64,000 nt of DNA from Laetmonice hystrix. Lineage: Eukaryota. The number at the start of each line of letters is the position of its first letter. Within the stretch, counting starts at the first letter, position 1. This document shows, piece by piece, positions 1 through 11,318 of the stretch. The position numbers were made by a program, and so were the translations under genes. Location of the stretch: NCBI GenBank assembly GCA_965235115.1, contig OZ249436.1, forward strand, positions 5,768,001-5,832,000, read 5' to 3'. A model generated the notes under the pieces. That model made no database searches. It was not told the DNA's origin and was given only the letters and a program-made list of their open reading frames with translations.

Positions 1-1097
1 GTCGCTGTCATTGATATCACCCAGCCACAGAGCTCACACAGGTTGGCCCAGCCACAGAGCTCACACAGGTTGAGGGTCACTGTCATTGATATCACCCAGC
101 CACAGAGCTCACACAGGTTGAGCGTCACTGTCATTGATATCACCCAGCCACAGAGCTCACACAGGTTGACCCAGCCACAGAGCTCACACAGGTTGAGGGT
201 CACTGTCATTGATATCACACAGCCACAGAGCTCACACAGGTTGACCCAGCCACAGAGCTCACATAGGTTGAGGGTCACTGTCATTGATATCACCCAGCCA
301 CAGAGCTCACACAGGTTGAGGGTCACTGTCATTGATATCACCCAGCCACAGAGCTCACACAGGTTGAGGGTCGCTGTCATTGATATCACCCAGCCACAGA
401 GCTCACACAGGTTGACCCAGCCACAGAGCTCACACAGGTTGACCCAGCCACAGAGCTCACACAGGTTGAGGGTCACTGTCATTGATATCACACAGCCACA
501 GAGCTCACACAGGTTGAGGGTCACTGTCATTGATATCACCCAGCCACAGAGCTCACACAGGTTGAGGGTCGCTGTCATTGATATCACCCAGCCACAGAGC
601 TCACACAGGTTGAGGGTCACTGTCATTGATATCACCCAGCCACAGAACTCACACAGGTTGAGGGTCGCTGTCATTGATATCACCCAGCCACAGAGCTCAC
701 ACAGGTTGAGGGTCGCTGTCATTGATATCACCCAGCCACAGAGCTCACACAGGTTGAGGGTCACTGTCATTGATATCACCCAGCCACAGAGCTCACACAG
801 GTTGAGGGTCGCTGTCATTGATATCACCCAGCCACAGAGCTCACACGGGTTGAGGGTCGCTGTCATTGATATCACCCAGCCACAGAGCTCACACGGGTTG
901 AGGGTCACTGTCATTGATATCACCCAGCCACAGAGCTCACACAGGTTGACCCAGCCACAGAGCTCACACAGGTTGAGGGTCGCTGTCATTGATATCACCC
1001 AGCCACAGAGCTCACACAGGTTGAGGGTCGCTGTCATTGATATCACCCAGCCACAGAGCTCACATAGGTTGAAGGCACTTGAGGGTCACTGTCACTG
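1..1097. repeat. Minisatellite, 48-bp unit with 27-bp deleted variants (truncated by window edge)
   Basis: ttgagggtcactgtcattgatatcacccagccacagagctcacacagg repeated; source of ORF 43..1098. Confidence 0.97.
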
Positions 1098-1419
1098 ATA
1101 AGTACCAGTAGGTGAAATCCACAATCAAAATCTATAGACAGGTCTGTACAACTCGGCATGGTTGCCAGAGCCGGGGTTTGAATGGTACATTGCATAGTTC
1201 CTATAATAACTGTATAATAACTTGGGTTCATTAGGTTTTATTTAGCGATAGACTAGGAAATCTGGTCTCCAGAAGCAGCTCTTGAACAGATTCTTTCCCT
1301 AGCTAAAGACCTGGAACGCTTTGGTGATGTATGCTTCACAGTTAACTCCAGTCAACATGGTCTATAAACGGTCTTGGTAACCAAGATAAATCGTGAAGCT
1401 TTCACTGTACCACAGACTC

Positions 1420-1945
1420 GCCTCCTGTGTGGACCGGTGCATGAGACCGGGCCCTCTGTGTGGACCGACCCGTCAGACTTGGCCTGCTGCGTGGACCGGT
1501 CCAGCAGACTTGGCCCTCTGCGTGGACCGGTCCATGAGACCAGGCCCTCTGTGTGGACCGACCCGTCAGACTTGGCCCGCTGCGTGAACCGGTGCATGAG
1601 ACCGGGCCCTCTGTGTACACCGGTCCGTCAGACTTGGCCCGCTGCGTGGACCAATCCATCAGACCGGTCCAGTAGACATGGCACTCTGCGTAGATTGGCC
1701 CGCTTCGTGGACCGGTCCAGAAGACTCGGCCCCCTGGTTAGACCGGCCCAGTAGGCCCGGCCCTAGTGTGGACCGGTCCAGCAGACCGGGCCATCTGTGT
1801 GGCATGGTCCGGCAGACATGGCCCCCTGTGTTGACCAGTCCAGCAGACTCGGTCCGCTGGGTGGACCGGTCCAGCAGACCGGGCCCTCTGTGTGGCATGG
1901 GCCAGAAGACCGGACCCTCTGTGTGAACTGGTCCAGTTGACTGGG
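1420..1945. repeat. Degenerate GC-rich tandem repeat, about 31-bp unit
   Basis: gtggaccggtccagcagac(t/c)(t/g)ggccctct-like units; remnants resume after 2186. Confidence 0.85.
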
Positions 1946-1960
1946 TGTTCTGTGTGGATA

Positions 1961-2186
1961 GGTGTGAAGGGAATGTAAGTGCGCCGGAATGGAGGTCCGC
2001 CCGACTTGGGTTCCTTGGTAATGCAGGTCCTTGGTCAAACTTCGTGGTATAAGACAATATAATGAAGAAAATACAAATGGATTAGGGTTATGGTTAGCAT
2101 TATGTATAGGATTATGAAGAAATACATTTCATTTCAAGAAATACAAAGACCTGCATTTCAGGGGGACTTGGATTCCTTTCACGCCG
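1961..2186. mobile_element. MITE family A, copy 1 (TIR GGTGTGAxxGGAAT)
   Basis: ggtgtgaagggaatgtaagt...acttggattcctttcacgcc; homologous to 13302..13451. Confidence 0.7.
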
Positions 2187-2916
2187 GTCTAGCAGACTCA
2201 GATCTCAGTGAGGACATATCCAGCAGACTCGGCCCTCAGCAGACTCCAGGAGTTAACATGGCACGTACATAGAGCTATTGTCAGTAAGTCACAGGGCTGA
2301 GACATATTGGGGAAGCATTGGTCAGTAATGACAGTATTTGAATCCAGATATGTAACGTTTAGCAAGTAGCAGGTTTATCTGAGTCAAATTATAAGTTACA
2401 GTGACTCAAACATCATTTTAAAGCTGAAGAAACACGTGTGAGGTACAAATTTCCCTTTCGGTATGACACACGGTGTATTGGTCGACCGTGATGGGTCAAT
2501 TAAATTAGAGTGAAATTAGATGTAATGCAAGGTGAAAATGATGACCACTAACATCTGCTGAGGAAAATAAGGGTCCTTGTGCCCTGAGGGATTTATTTCT
2601 GTACTGATTTATTGAGAGGCCATGGTGGTCGAGTGTGATGTTCCACGTTCCGTACAAGCGTCATGACGGGTCGATATTGACAGAGTATGTCCAAGGACTG
2701 CGCCCTGCTCCTGTAGACTAGTAAAGGCTGAGTGTGGTTTCTAACAGGCGGAAGGCGAGGTGCTCCATGAGCCATGCCCCAGGCTGGCGAATTAAATATA
2801 TTGGAGGCTAAGGTTAATTCTTAGGTTTTGGGTATCATAGCAACTGAATTTGTCAAGCACTGTAAATTTCCCAAAATTGATCTTTGGAAGAACTTAGCCT
2901 ATTAATGAAAAACTGC

Positions 2917-3202
2917 TTAAGCTGAGATTCCACAGATGCATAACGGCTCTACGGCGTCCGGCGTACGGCATACGTAGACGGCACACGGAATGCAAGGTTC
3001 CATAGATCCAATTCTCACACGTTTCTGACGGCAGACGTCCGGGGTCCGGAAAGAGTCGCTACATGTCGTGATTCCCATTCCGTACGCCGTATGCCGCCGT
3101 CCGTACTTATGGAATCTGTACCACTTAAATTAGGCCATTTCGATTTTTTTGCCGGACGCCGTGGCCGTAGAGCCATAACGCATTTATGGAATCACAGCTT
3201 AA
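2917..3202. mobile_element. Palindromic MITE flanked by TTAA
   Basis: ttaagctgagattccacagatgcataacggctctacggc matches the reverse complement of gccgtagagccataacgcatttatggaatcacagcttaa. Confidence 0.8.
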
Positions 3203-4706
3203 AGGAACGCTTCACTGCATAGTTGGCTGCAGTTGGGCAGAATTATGATGGGGGAAAAAGCTAGATCTCTGGATAATTTCTTAGGATACTGGCCAATTAA
3301 AATCATGAAGTGCCCTGTAGTTTCCTTGGAACTGTGGTCTGTTCAAGGTTACAATATTTGACAAACTTAAAGGTCGTTTTGTCGCAGACCCCTGCCATAC
3401 GATCCTAAGTAGAACCCAATAAATTCAGTTCAGAATAAGTTAATGTGTATATCATGCCCACATGGAACATGCTCATGGACCTACCTGGGTGTTTGAGCCA
3501 TAATAAACCGAAGAGTCGTGTCCTTACCCGGGGGCTTTTGTTCTTGGACCGTCGGAGATGGCTTAGTAAATCAAACCCTAGCGTCTACGGTCAGATGGGC
3601 CCAATGATCAGCCGACCCGATAGGCGCAGATAAAGCATATGAAAGGATTCCGCTGAACAGGCAGTACAGCATCAAAAAGTGTTCTGTTGCAGTTCTCAAA
3701 ACATGGAAATGTGTTCTTCTAAATGGCGAATGGAATATGATCCATAAACATAAGGCATGAGGCTATAACTTTCACTGAAATATGATGGACTCACATATTG
3801 TGTGACCTGCTGTTCATGATTATCTAATTACAAAGAAATGTATGAAAGATGACAGATAGGGCACGAGGATAAAGGTCCGAGAAACAGAACCGTCTTGACT
3901 TGAAGTCCTTAAGGTTTCACAGTTGAAGGTCACTGCGACGCACCGTCTTTATAAAATAGAAAGCCCTGATTGACTATATATATAAATATTGGTCCTTGAA
4001 CTAGTGATCACTGTTTACATACATACGTTACGTTATTGGTGACGTTATTTAATACTTGTTTGATCTATAGGTTCTGAAAGCGTGAAGTAGCAGGAGTGAA
4101 AGTCAGTCGAGCTTATGGTAAAATACACGCCGCCACATCGGCCGGGCTGCCTCGTGTTAGCAATGTCCCCAGGCATCGCTCAGGATTATTGTGATAATCT
4201 CAAGGCATTGTTTGCCCTGAAAGGGTTAATCGACTAGGTTCTTTCACCTTTGTTTGCCCTGAAAGGGTTAATCGACTAGATTTTTTCACTTTTGTTTGCA
4301 GTGCAGTTTCCTCCCAAGACCGCATTACAAAAGGTGTAAAATATTAAATATTCTTAAAGGGGATAAACATGAGGCAAGTTCTTACCTGATGAAGAATTAG
4401 GCAGCTTAGGAGATATTTCCTAGCAGATTTGTAACTAGCACTAGCAGACTGCGAATTTAGGAGGTTCTCCATTAGGATTTCGAGAATCACAAAGTTTTTG
4501 AACACTATAGCAGTATAAGAAACAAAAAAAGAATTCTATTATCTGTAATTAAACTCCTTAAATACAGCTATCAGGCTGAGAGATTAGTTCGTCGTTGACA
4601 CTCGACCCCTCTCAGACCAAAGGAGAACAGTATCAGCCACACATATTTTACTGCTTGGTTATTTGCATTGAGGAAAAGGTTGGAATGAGATCAAATGCCT
4701 GTAATT

Positions 4707-4968
4707 GTAGACGTGTGTTTTGTAGACTTTGGAAGATGTGTGTTTTGTAGACTTTGGAAGACGTGTGTTTTGTAGACTTTGGAAGACATGTGTTTTGTAG
4801 ACTTTGGAAGACGTGTGTTTTGTAGACTTTGGAAGACGTGTGTTTTGTAGACTTTGGAAGACGTTTGTTTTGTAGACTTTGGAAGACGTGTATTTTGTAG
4901 GCTTTGGAAGACGTGTTTTGTAGCCTTTGGAAGTCGTGTATTTTGTAGACTGTGGAAGACGTGTGTTT
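4707..4968. repeat. Minisatellite, 25-bp unit
   Basis: gtagactttggaagacgtgtgtttt, about 10 copies. Confidence 0.95.
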
Positions 4969-5614
4969 CCGTTCCCGCAGATTTCCAGTTGGATAATCCT
5001 GTGGTCGGTTGAATGAGTTAATGCCATTCTATTATCAAACAAATTCTCTGAGATTATACATTCGGAGAGAGATCTTCTGAATGAGGCCAAATCTGCTCAG
5101 CGATGTGTGAATGTACGGGATTTCGGAGTCGGACCAAACACCCTCGGCTCAAAGTCTATTGGAAAAGCGACTTTGGCGAAGTTACCAGTCCTTAGAAAAC
5201 ACTTTTACAATTGCTCGCTGATTACCGAGTATTGTGGTACCATTGCAGCAGACAATTGTAAACAGTTGTATCATAAAGGATTTCTAAAAGGGCCCTGGAA
5301 ATGTGTTGTGTCAGCGAACCTGACGGACATGGATATTGTGAAAATACATGTACAACATGTAGTTGCTTTCTCATGATTTTGTATTGTGATATTGACATTT
5401 AAAGCAGTGGACTTTTGCTTTCTTCACTTTCATTGATTCAGCGTAATAGTATTGTTAGATTTGCTTGTGCTTACGATTAAATTACAAAGAAATACAAGCC
5501 GTTTGAATTAAGAATGGAAAACTTTAAACTTGTTTTTCAAGATCTGAAAAAAATCGGATGATATGTGCCTAATGCATGTTATTAGCGTCTGCCACAAAGG
5601 CTTGCACATAAATT

Positions 5615-5635
5615 AATAAATAAATAAATAAATAA

Positions 5636-5670
<35 letters not shown>

Positions 5671-5671
5671 A
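5615..5671. repeat. (AAAT)n microsatellite
   Basis: direct reading. Confidence 0.95.
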
Positions 5672-6176
5672 GTAAATAAGGGGTGGGGGTTAGTTGTTCT
5701 GCTAGGTGCCATCGTAAAAATGTATTTTATATAGTGAACAACTATCGAGCGCAGAACAGGGAAATAGAGCTGTCTTGGATTGCACCACTATGCACCATTT
5801 GGAATATGGAATTCAAAATTTCTCAAGGAGCACTGACTGCACCCCAAAGCCGTTTGAGACTGTACTGTAACTGTAACACCCCCCCCCCCATCTCGGATCA
5901 ACCTGTGGGTACGACCCCCAACATGTCCAAAAAAAGCAGTCAGCTAGTTTTGATATACACCGTACTTTGGCTTTCACCTCCTTGCCAGTCTTGGTGTTAG
6001 GCCGACGGTATAGCCACTGTAGTTCAGCCAGATGTGGGAAGAGGGCACTGCTAGTCCTGGCCGTTATGATAATGAGGCTTGGAACCATAGCAACCAGCCG
6101 CCTGACGAGCGCTATGCCTGCGGTCTACATCTGCCGTCAGTCCACAGAGTCGGTCCACAGTCCAACCCAGATTGGC

Positions 6177-6686
6177 GCAGAATTAGAGGTTGCAAATGGG
6201 AGGAAAAGCGCGGAATTAGAGGTTGCAAATGGAGGGAAAAGCGCAGAATTAGAAGTGCAAATAGGGGAGACGCAGAATTAGAGGTTGCAAATGGGGGAGA
6301 CGCAGAATTAGAGGTTGCAAATGGGGGGAGACGCAGAATTATAGGTTGCAAATGGGGGGGGGGGGCAGAATTATAGGTTGCAAATGGGGGGGGGGGGGCC
6401 GCAGAATTATAGGTTGCAAATGGGGGGGCGCAGAATTAGAGGTTGCAAATGGGGGGGGGGCGCAGAATTATAGGTTGCAAATGGGGGGCGCAGAATTAGA
6501 GGTTGCAAATGAGGGGAAAAGCGCAGAATTAGAGATTGTAATTGGGGGGGGGGGGAACTCAGAATTAGAGGTTGCAAGGGGGGGGACCTCAGAATTAGAG
6601 GTTGCAAATAGGGGGGGGGACGCAGAATTAGAAGTTGCAAATAGGAGGAAAACGCAGAATTGAGAGGTTGCAAATTGGGGAAAAGC
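6177..6686. repeat. Minisatellite of about 30-36 bp with a variable-length poly-G tract
   Basis: gcagaatta(g/t)aggttgcaaat(G)n units. Confidence 0.93.
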
Positions 6687-7114
6687 GTCCATATATAAAG
6701 GGTTTATTTTTCAAACATCCACGTTTCTACTATTAAGTTGCATTGTTTAAAAAAATTGATATCCTCAAGGTTAGAAAAAAATCCGTTTCATTGGATCATT
6801 TACTTTCTTGATTTTTATCGTTTACTTTTAATAATTCTCTGCAATGTAGATCTATGCCGCGCGGCCCAATCAGTACTCGTGTGATAAGTCAGTCTCTGAC
6901 CAGTTCATTTATGCCAGTCCTATTACTTTTCACTTTCAGTTTTGATCGAACCACAAACTAATTAAGGCATGATTTGTAGTACTGTATATAATCAGGGCCT
7001 GGGCTCTGGAAGTCCGATAAGCAGGTATTCATCGCTCAAACACCAGGGTCAAAAGCTCAAATGCTGATACTGATAGACATTGTAAAAGGTCGTCCGTAAA
7101 TGACGCTCCCAACC

Positions 7115-7255
7115 GTAGAATTGACACAAGAGCCGTGGTAGATTTCAGGTGTGATTGTGTGTAGAATTGACACAAGAGCCGTGGTAGATTTCAGGTGTGA
7201 TTGTGTGTAGAATTGACACAAGAGCCGTGGTAGATTTCAGGTGTGATTGTGTGTA
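7115..7255. repeat. 46-bp tandem repeat, 3 copies
   Basis: gtagaattgacacaagagccgtggtagatttcaggtgtgattgtgt at 7115, 7161 and 7207. Confidence 0.95.
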
Positions 7256-9327
7256 AAGATGTGGTTCACCGCTTGAGGAAGTGAATGGACACTGCCATCT
7301 ATAGCCTGCAGATAGAAATAGCCCGGGTCGGGTCTTGCTTGTTCCAGTCCACATGCTGTTTGCTGTTCCACCTTCCAGCGTCTGTTGAGGCGGGCAGGCC
7401 ACCAGAGCTGTCTCTCGCTCCTCTTCCTGCCACAGTGCTGCGTCCGCTTGCTGTCCCCGCTACCGCTTGCATTGGTCGGCCTTGTGCAGTGCTCACCTGT
7501 ACCCAGTGAAAACGGTGCAGTGGAGTCGATACAAGCCTGGGCCTGCTCAGTGTAGGCAGCCTGCCGGCCTGCCTGCCGCACTGAGTCGTCCGAGCTCGGA
7601 GCCAATCCCACACTGCGCTCTCTCTCCGCATGGTGGCGCTAGTAGTAGCTCCCGCGTTGCGCAGTGGGTGACGGCTGTGGAAACCTTAAATCACGTGACT
7701 CGTTCCCTGGTCGTCAGACTGTTCAGTGGCCACCACCGCAGACACCAGACAGTGTGCAGGGTGGGCAGAGGTGCTTGATGGTCCTTGTCCCATCTATTTC
7801 ATGATAGAGGGAGCCAACGTAGCAATCTGGAGCTCTAGAATAACGAACAGGGCCAGGGGGAGACCCATCATCGGATAGATTCGACAGCTCAGTGTGTATC
7901 GACAGTCCACATACACGTATGGCAAACTCCTGGATCACCTCTAATCCCATCAAGACAGTGTTTGTCTTCATCAGACATGTCAAACTGACTACTTGATCGT
8001 TCCCGCCGAAGTTTTTTCTCATGGGCAATTGCCCAAAGGCGTTGTTAATGGAGAAATGAAATAAATGTCGAAGATATGGCATGGAGGTTGGAAGAAAACC
8101 ATGCACGGAAAAACGGTTGTCTTTGTGAGGTCCCAGTTGATGACCTATATTTCTTGGTTGATTAAAAATAAATGTATCACTTAAATCGATATGTAATCAA
8201 AGAGTCTTTATGAAAGATTTAACATTCGTTTCAATCTTCAATAATTCAATTAGCAATACCCAAAGGCCATCATTGTTGGCTAGACAGCTGGGCCAACTCT
8301 GCCGAGGACGCCTGGTCCGGCATTGCAATTTTTGACACGAGTTTTTAAAAATGGTCCTATTTGTAGACGTTGTGACCTATTTATCTGAAATTTGTACCAC
8401 CGATCCTAAATAACCAGATGATATCATGTCCCAAATATTATGACATTGGGGTCATTGGGGACAATTTTTAGGCCCACCCGATAGAAGAAAAAGAGAAAAA
8501 TATGTATGTGAGGGCGTAATATTATATTACAGATTATACAGATTATAATGAAAGCCCTACATGATGTTTTATTCTCAAGAAATTGCGTCTAGAAAAGATT
8601 AAAAGCCAGTAAGTACGTATGTCTGTGACTAGGAGGCCACATGAGCTCGTTAGCATCGATTTTCTCACTGGTCCACAGGTAATATTTATCTAAATGAAGG
8701 CAAGATATATTCATCAGCGGAGGCATTATATGATGTAAGGCCGATTTTATTACCTTGCGCTGTACTCCATCTAAACATCTTTTAGCTCCCAGCAATGCAG
8801 TCTATAACTTATTGCCGAAGAAATGCCATATGACTATGACGATATGGAAACCATACGTCCAATAATCAATTTGTATAACAAAAAAATCCGATCGCAAAAT
8901 GTATAGAAGAGAAGCTGTAATTCCATTAGGATTTTGCGGATTACTATTGCAATGTTCTGGAGCGGCTCAGCAGACAACAATATGGGTATGATTTTAACGT
9001 CTTTTATACATTACAGCAACGTGAAAACAAGAATTGCCCAAGGATATAGAATATTGGTGGGGAGTAACAGCGACTAGGGCCGATTCCCTCACATAAACCA
9101 TTGCGCCATTTGTGTCCTGTCTGAAATTCCCAACATATGGCACAAGTCAAGTTGGCATGAAACATTCAGGGGGCACCTTGGTACTGGCAGTGACTAGATA
9201 CGTCGATGTTTGGCTGACTGAGGAGGTGGGTGTTCACTCGGGGTAAATAATATGACCTAACTGTACTGATCAGGATTATATCAGATCGCCGGGGGCCTGT
9301 TGCCTTGGTGTTTATTGCCGGCGGGAA

Positions 9328-9942
9328 GTGGTCAGACCTTGATGAGCTTCCTGCAGACCGCCGTGGTCAGACCTTGATGAGCTTCCTGCAGACCGCCGTG
9401 GTCAGACCTTGATGAGCTTCCTGCAGACCGCCGTGGTCAGACCTTGATGAGCTTCCTGCAGACCGCCGTGGTCAGACCTTGATGAGCTTCCTGCAGACCG
9501 CCGTGGTCAGACCTTGATGAGCTTCCTGCAGACCGCCGTGGTCAGACCTTGATGAGCTTCCTGCAGACCGCCGTGGTCCTGCAGACCGCCGTGGTCAGAC
9601 CTTGATGAGCTTCCTGCAGACCGCCGTGGTCAGACCTTGATGAGCTTCCTGCAGACCGCCGTGGTCAGACCTTGATGAGCTTCCTGCAGACCGCCGTGGT
9701 CAGACCTTGATGAGCTTCCTGCAGACCGCCGTGGTCAGACCTTGATGAGCTTCCTGCAGACCGCCGTGGTCAGACCTTGATGAGCTTCCTGCAGACCGCC
9801 GTGGTCAGACCTTGATGAGCTTCCTGCAGACCGCCGTGGTCAGACCTTGATGAGCTTCCTGCAGACCGCCGTGGTCAGACCTTGATGAGCTTCCTGCAGA
9901 CCGCCGTGGTCAGACCTTGATGAGCTTCCTGCAGACCGCCGT
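9328..9942. repeat. Homogeneous minisatellite, 35-bp unit, 17 copies plus one 18-bp deleted unit
   Basis: gtggtcagaccttgatgagcttcctgcagaccgcc; deleted unit at 9573..9590. Confidence 0.97.
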
Positions 9943-10055
9943 TATGTGAACGGCAGAAGCTGAAGACCGAGCCATGGGACCAACAAGACTAGATGATGAC
10001 ACTAAGATTGGTCAAAGCTAGAAGACATTTAGGAAAAATATCCAAGTCTCTTGTA

Positions 10056-10400
10056 CAGGGATGTGCCCAGAAAGAATTGAGTGCCGGGCGGGAGTTTTGC
10101 GCTGGAGCCAGAATATTATTTTCAGGGCCCAGAGAGGGAACCAAATTATTTTTCTGGAAGAAAGGTTTCGGGAAAGTTAATTATGCCACACGTTCGTGAC
10201 CTACTTGAAGTGGTTAATGCAGCAATGACTGAACAAGAGAAGGTGTGAGAAGTATTATGTACACATATTTATCAGATGATAGGTTTATAAAAGTTCCTGC
10301 GGGGCGGAGGTCTATAAAAGTTCCTGCGGGGCGGCACTTTGAACCTTTTTAGTTTTGTTCCAGGCAGGTAAAATCAGTGCCCGGGCCGGGCACATCCTTG
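10056..10400. mobile_element. Non-autonomous DNA transposon (CAGGG-type TIR) with 6-bp TSD cttgta
   Basis: cttgta|cagggatgtgccc ... gggcacatccttg|cttgta. Confidence 0.8.
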
Positions 10401-11255
10401 CTTGTATTCGTGTGATATTTGTTCTACAATATCATATGTACCGTAAATCCTGTTCCTGTATATAATTCAGAAGATTAATGATAATATTTTAGGTCAAGAT
10501 ACAATTTAGGAAGAAACCCTCATCGTACTTATAATTTCATAAGTTTACAAGTCAAGTAAATTAAGATAGGGAATACACTGTGTGCTTCAAAACATCGATG
10601 GGATGTTTCGACAAAGTAAATCCGATCAGTTCGTTCAGGTCATTATAAGCAGTCTATCAATATCATAGTCTTTATTTTTTAATTATTAAAAGAAAAGAAG
10701 ATTGGGCTGAAGAAGACAAAAAATGGTAGGATTATTATGAGTACGTGTATACCATAACTCTAGGAGGGTCCAGATAATATATCTCGATAGTTGTGGATTG
10801 GTGATCAGGGGACACAGGGGGGGGGGGTTATAAGAAATGAAGTGAGGATCATAAACTATGTAGATACAATCTGATGATATATGTCGACATGTTATCATTT
10901 ATTCTCGAGTTGCAAGCCATTTTCTTGTCACTGTATGGTGTTCAATAATAGAGTACCTAAGATGGAAGGTGATAGGGTTGGTGAGACTCAACTGTCGACA
11001 CCTGTGGTGAACCCTGTATGTAAGAACTCATGAATAATCGGTCACCTGAGCATGGAAACCCTTGAAAAAAGGAATCGTTCTTCTAGTTGAAATACTGACT
11101 TCCTCGCGTCCTGCGATGGCTAAAAAACACTGGGGTTAAGAAATGCGCATTGTGATATAACACTTGTGGATACCAAATTACTTGCAATTACTTGAATATT
11201 TTTATTGGGAATTTATTTGTCTTTTCATGTAATGTTGTTGTTTTTGTGATTGCAG

Positions 11256-11318
11256 TCGGTAGCAGTGTACAACCCGCGGCCGTGGCACTCAGAGGAGCCT
11301 GACAGTAGTAGGGATTCG
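11256..11318 (+). CDS. WAPL: WAPL exon (63 nt, phase 0/0): [21 protein letters not shown]
   Basis: T-rich tract plus tgcag acceptor and gtgagt donor. Peptide resembles vertebrate WAPL AVYNARHWNHPDSEE, and spacing to the next conserved block matches. Confidence 0.8.

Noticed and set aside
43..1098. 351-aa repetitive ORF
   Set aside because: Translation of a 48/27-bp minisatellite; non-ATG start, no splice or homology support
4071..4117. Candidate upstream WAPL exon (ctatag...gtaaaa)
   Set aside because: Stop codons in all three frames
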